The notes below the pieces were generated by a model that saw only the letters and a list, made by a program, of their open reading frames with translations, did not search any database and was not told the origin of the DNA. Made by a program: the position numbers and the translations under genes. DNA of 63,798 nt, counting the filler, from Choristocarpus tenellus KU-1152 (Eukaryota; Protista; Phaeophyceae), in NCBI GenBank assembly GCA_964200185.2. It is 12 parts of 12 records of this genome, joined end to end, with 100 filler letters (N's around TTAATTAATTAA, not from the genome) between each part and the next. Parts side by side here need not be neighbours in the genome. Positions count along the whole stretch, not along the records: positions 59,711 to 63,798 come from CAXNAD020016292.1; 11 more parts are not named here. The stretch is one strand, 5' to 3'. Every line of letters begins with the position of its first letter. The stretch's first letter is position 1. This document shows positions 63,491 to 63,798 of this stretch, in pieces.

Positions 63491-63798
63491 TAGTAGTGGA
63501 GACGGCGGAGGACGTCGTTAAGGAGAGGAGGGGACGATGGTGACGTCAAAAATGGGAAAGTGTAATGGAAGTACGATAGCTTGTCAATCGGGCAGAGCAA
63601 ACGATATGGTTGACATGGTGAACGTGTTTAATGGAGGCGGCTTGCAGGGCGAAATTGTTTGAAATAAGTCAATGTCGAGGACGCCAATCAGAATGTAGTT
63701 TTTTTCAGTGATGCATATTGGAGGCAGAAGAGCCAAAGTATCTTTGAGGGTAGAGCCTCGTCCAATTGGGGTTCAAAATACAATGTTGTGATTTTGAT

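Noticed and set aside
1-63798. Functional gene cluster spanning the window (kinase, PPR, methyltransferase, SDR)
   Set aside because: The genes lie on different contigs joined by artificial linkers; only within-contig adjacency is meaningful.

Overview
Eukaryotic DNA, inferred to be a brown alga or close photosynthetic stramenopile (bipartite plastid-targeting presequences, GT-AG introns, GDPH-family and PPR genes, TTAGGG arrays). It is not one locus. Twelve short contigs are joined by eleven artificial 100-bp linkers (44 N + TTAATTAATTAA + 44 N), so adjacency across a linker carries no information. Reconstructable intron-containing genes are a MAP2K fragment, a frameshifted GDPH/VWD-like gene, a PPR fragment, an MPHOSPH9-like C-terminal fragment, a complete FAM173-type SAM methyltransferase, and a head-to-head pair of probable plastid genes (DUF1517/FLAP1 and a 10-exon NAD(P)-binding atypical SDR with a GC-AG intron). 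The dominant non-genic signal is about 28 full or partial copies of three MITE families. They share the terminus GR(G/C)YCAAAGTA and often have 4-bp TSDs, which is Sola2-like. Also present are decayed Ty3/gypsy and Copia relics, a solo LTR nested in a MITE, a near-perfect 196-bp foldback, and several decayed intronless segments that may be endogenous viral or Polinton-like relics, including a D5-type primase-helicase motif. No rRNA, tRNA or CRISPR array is supported. I could not establish an intact novel system. The best leads are the MITE trio and the virus-like relics.
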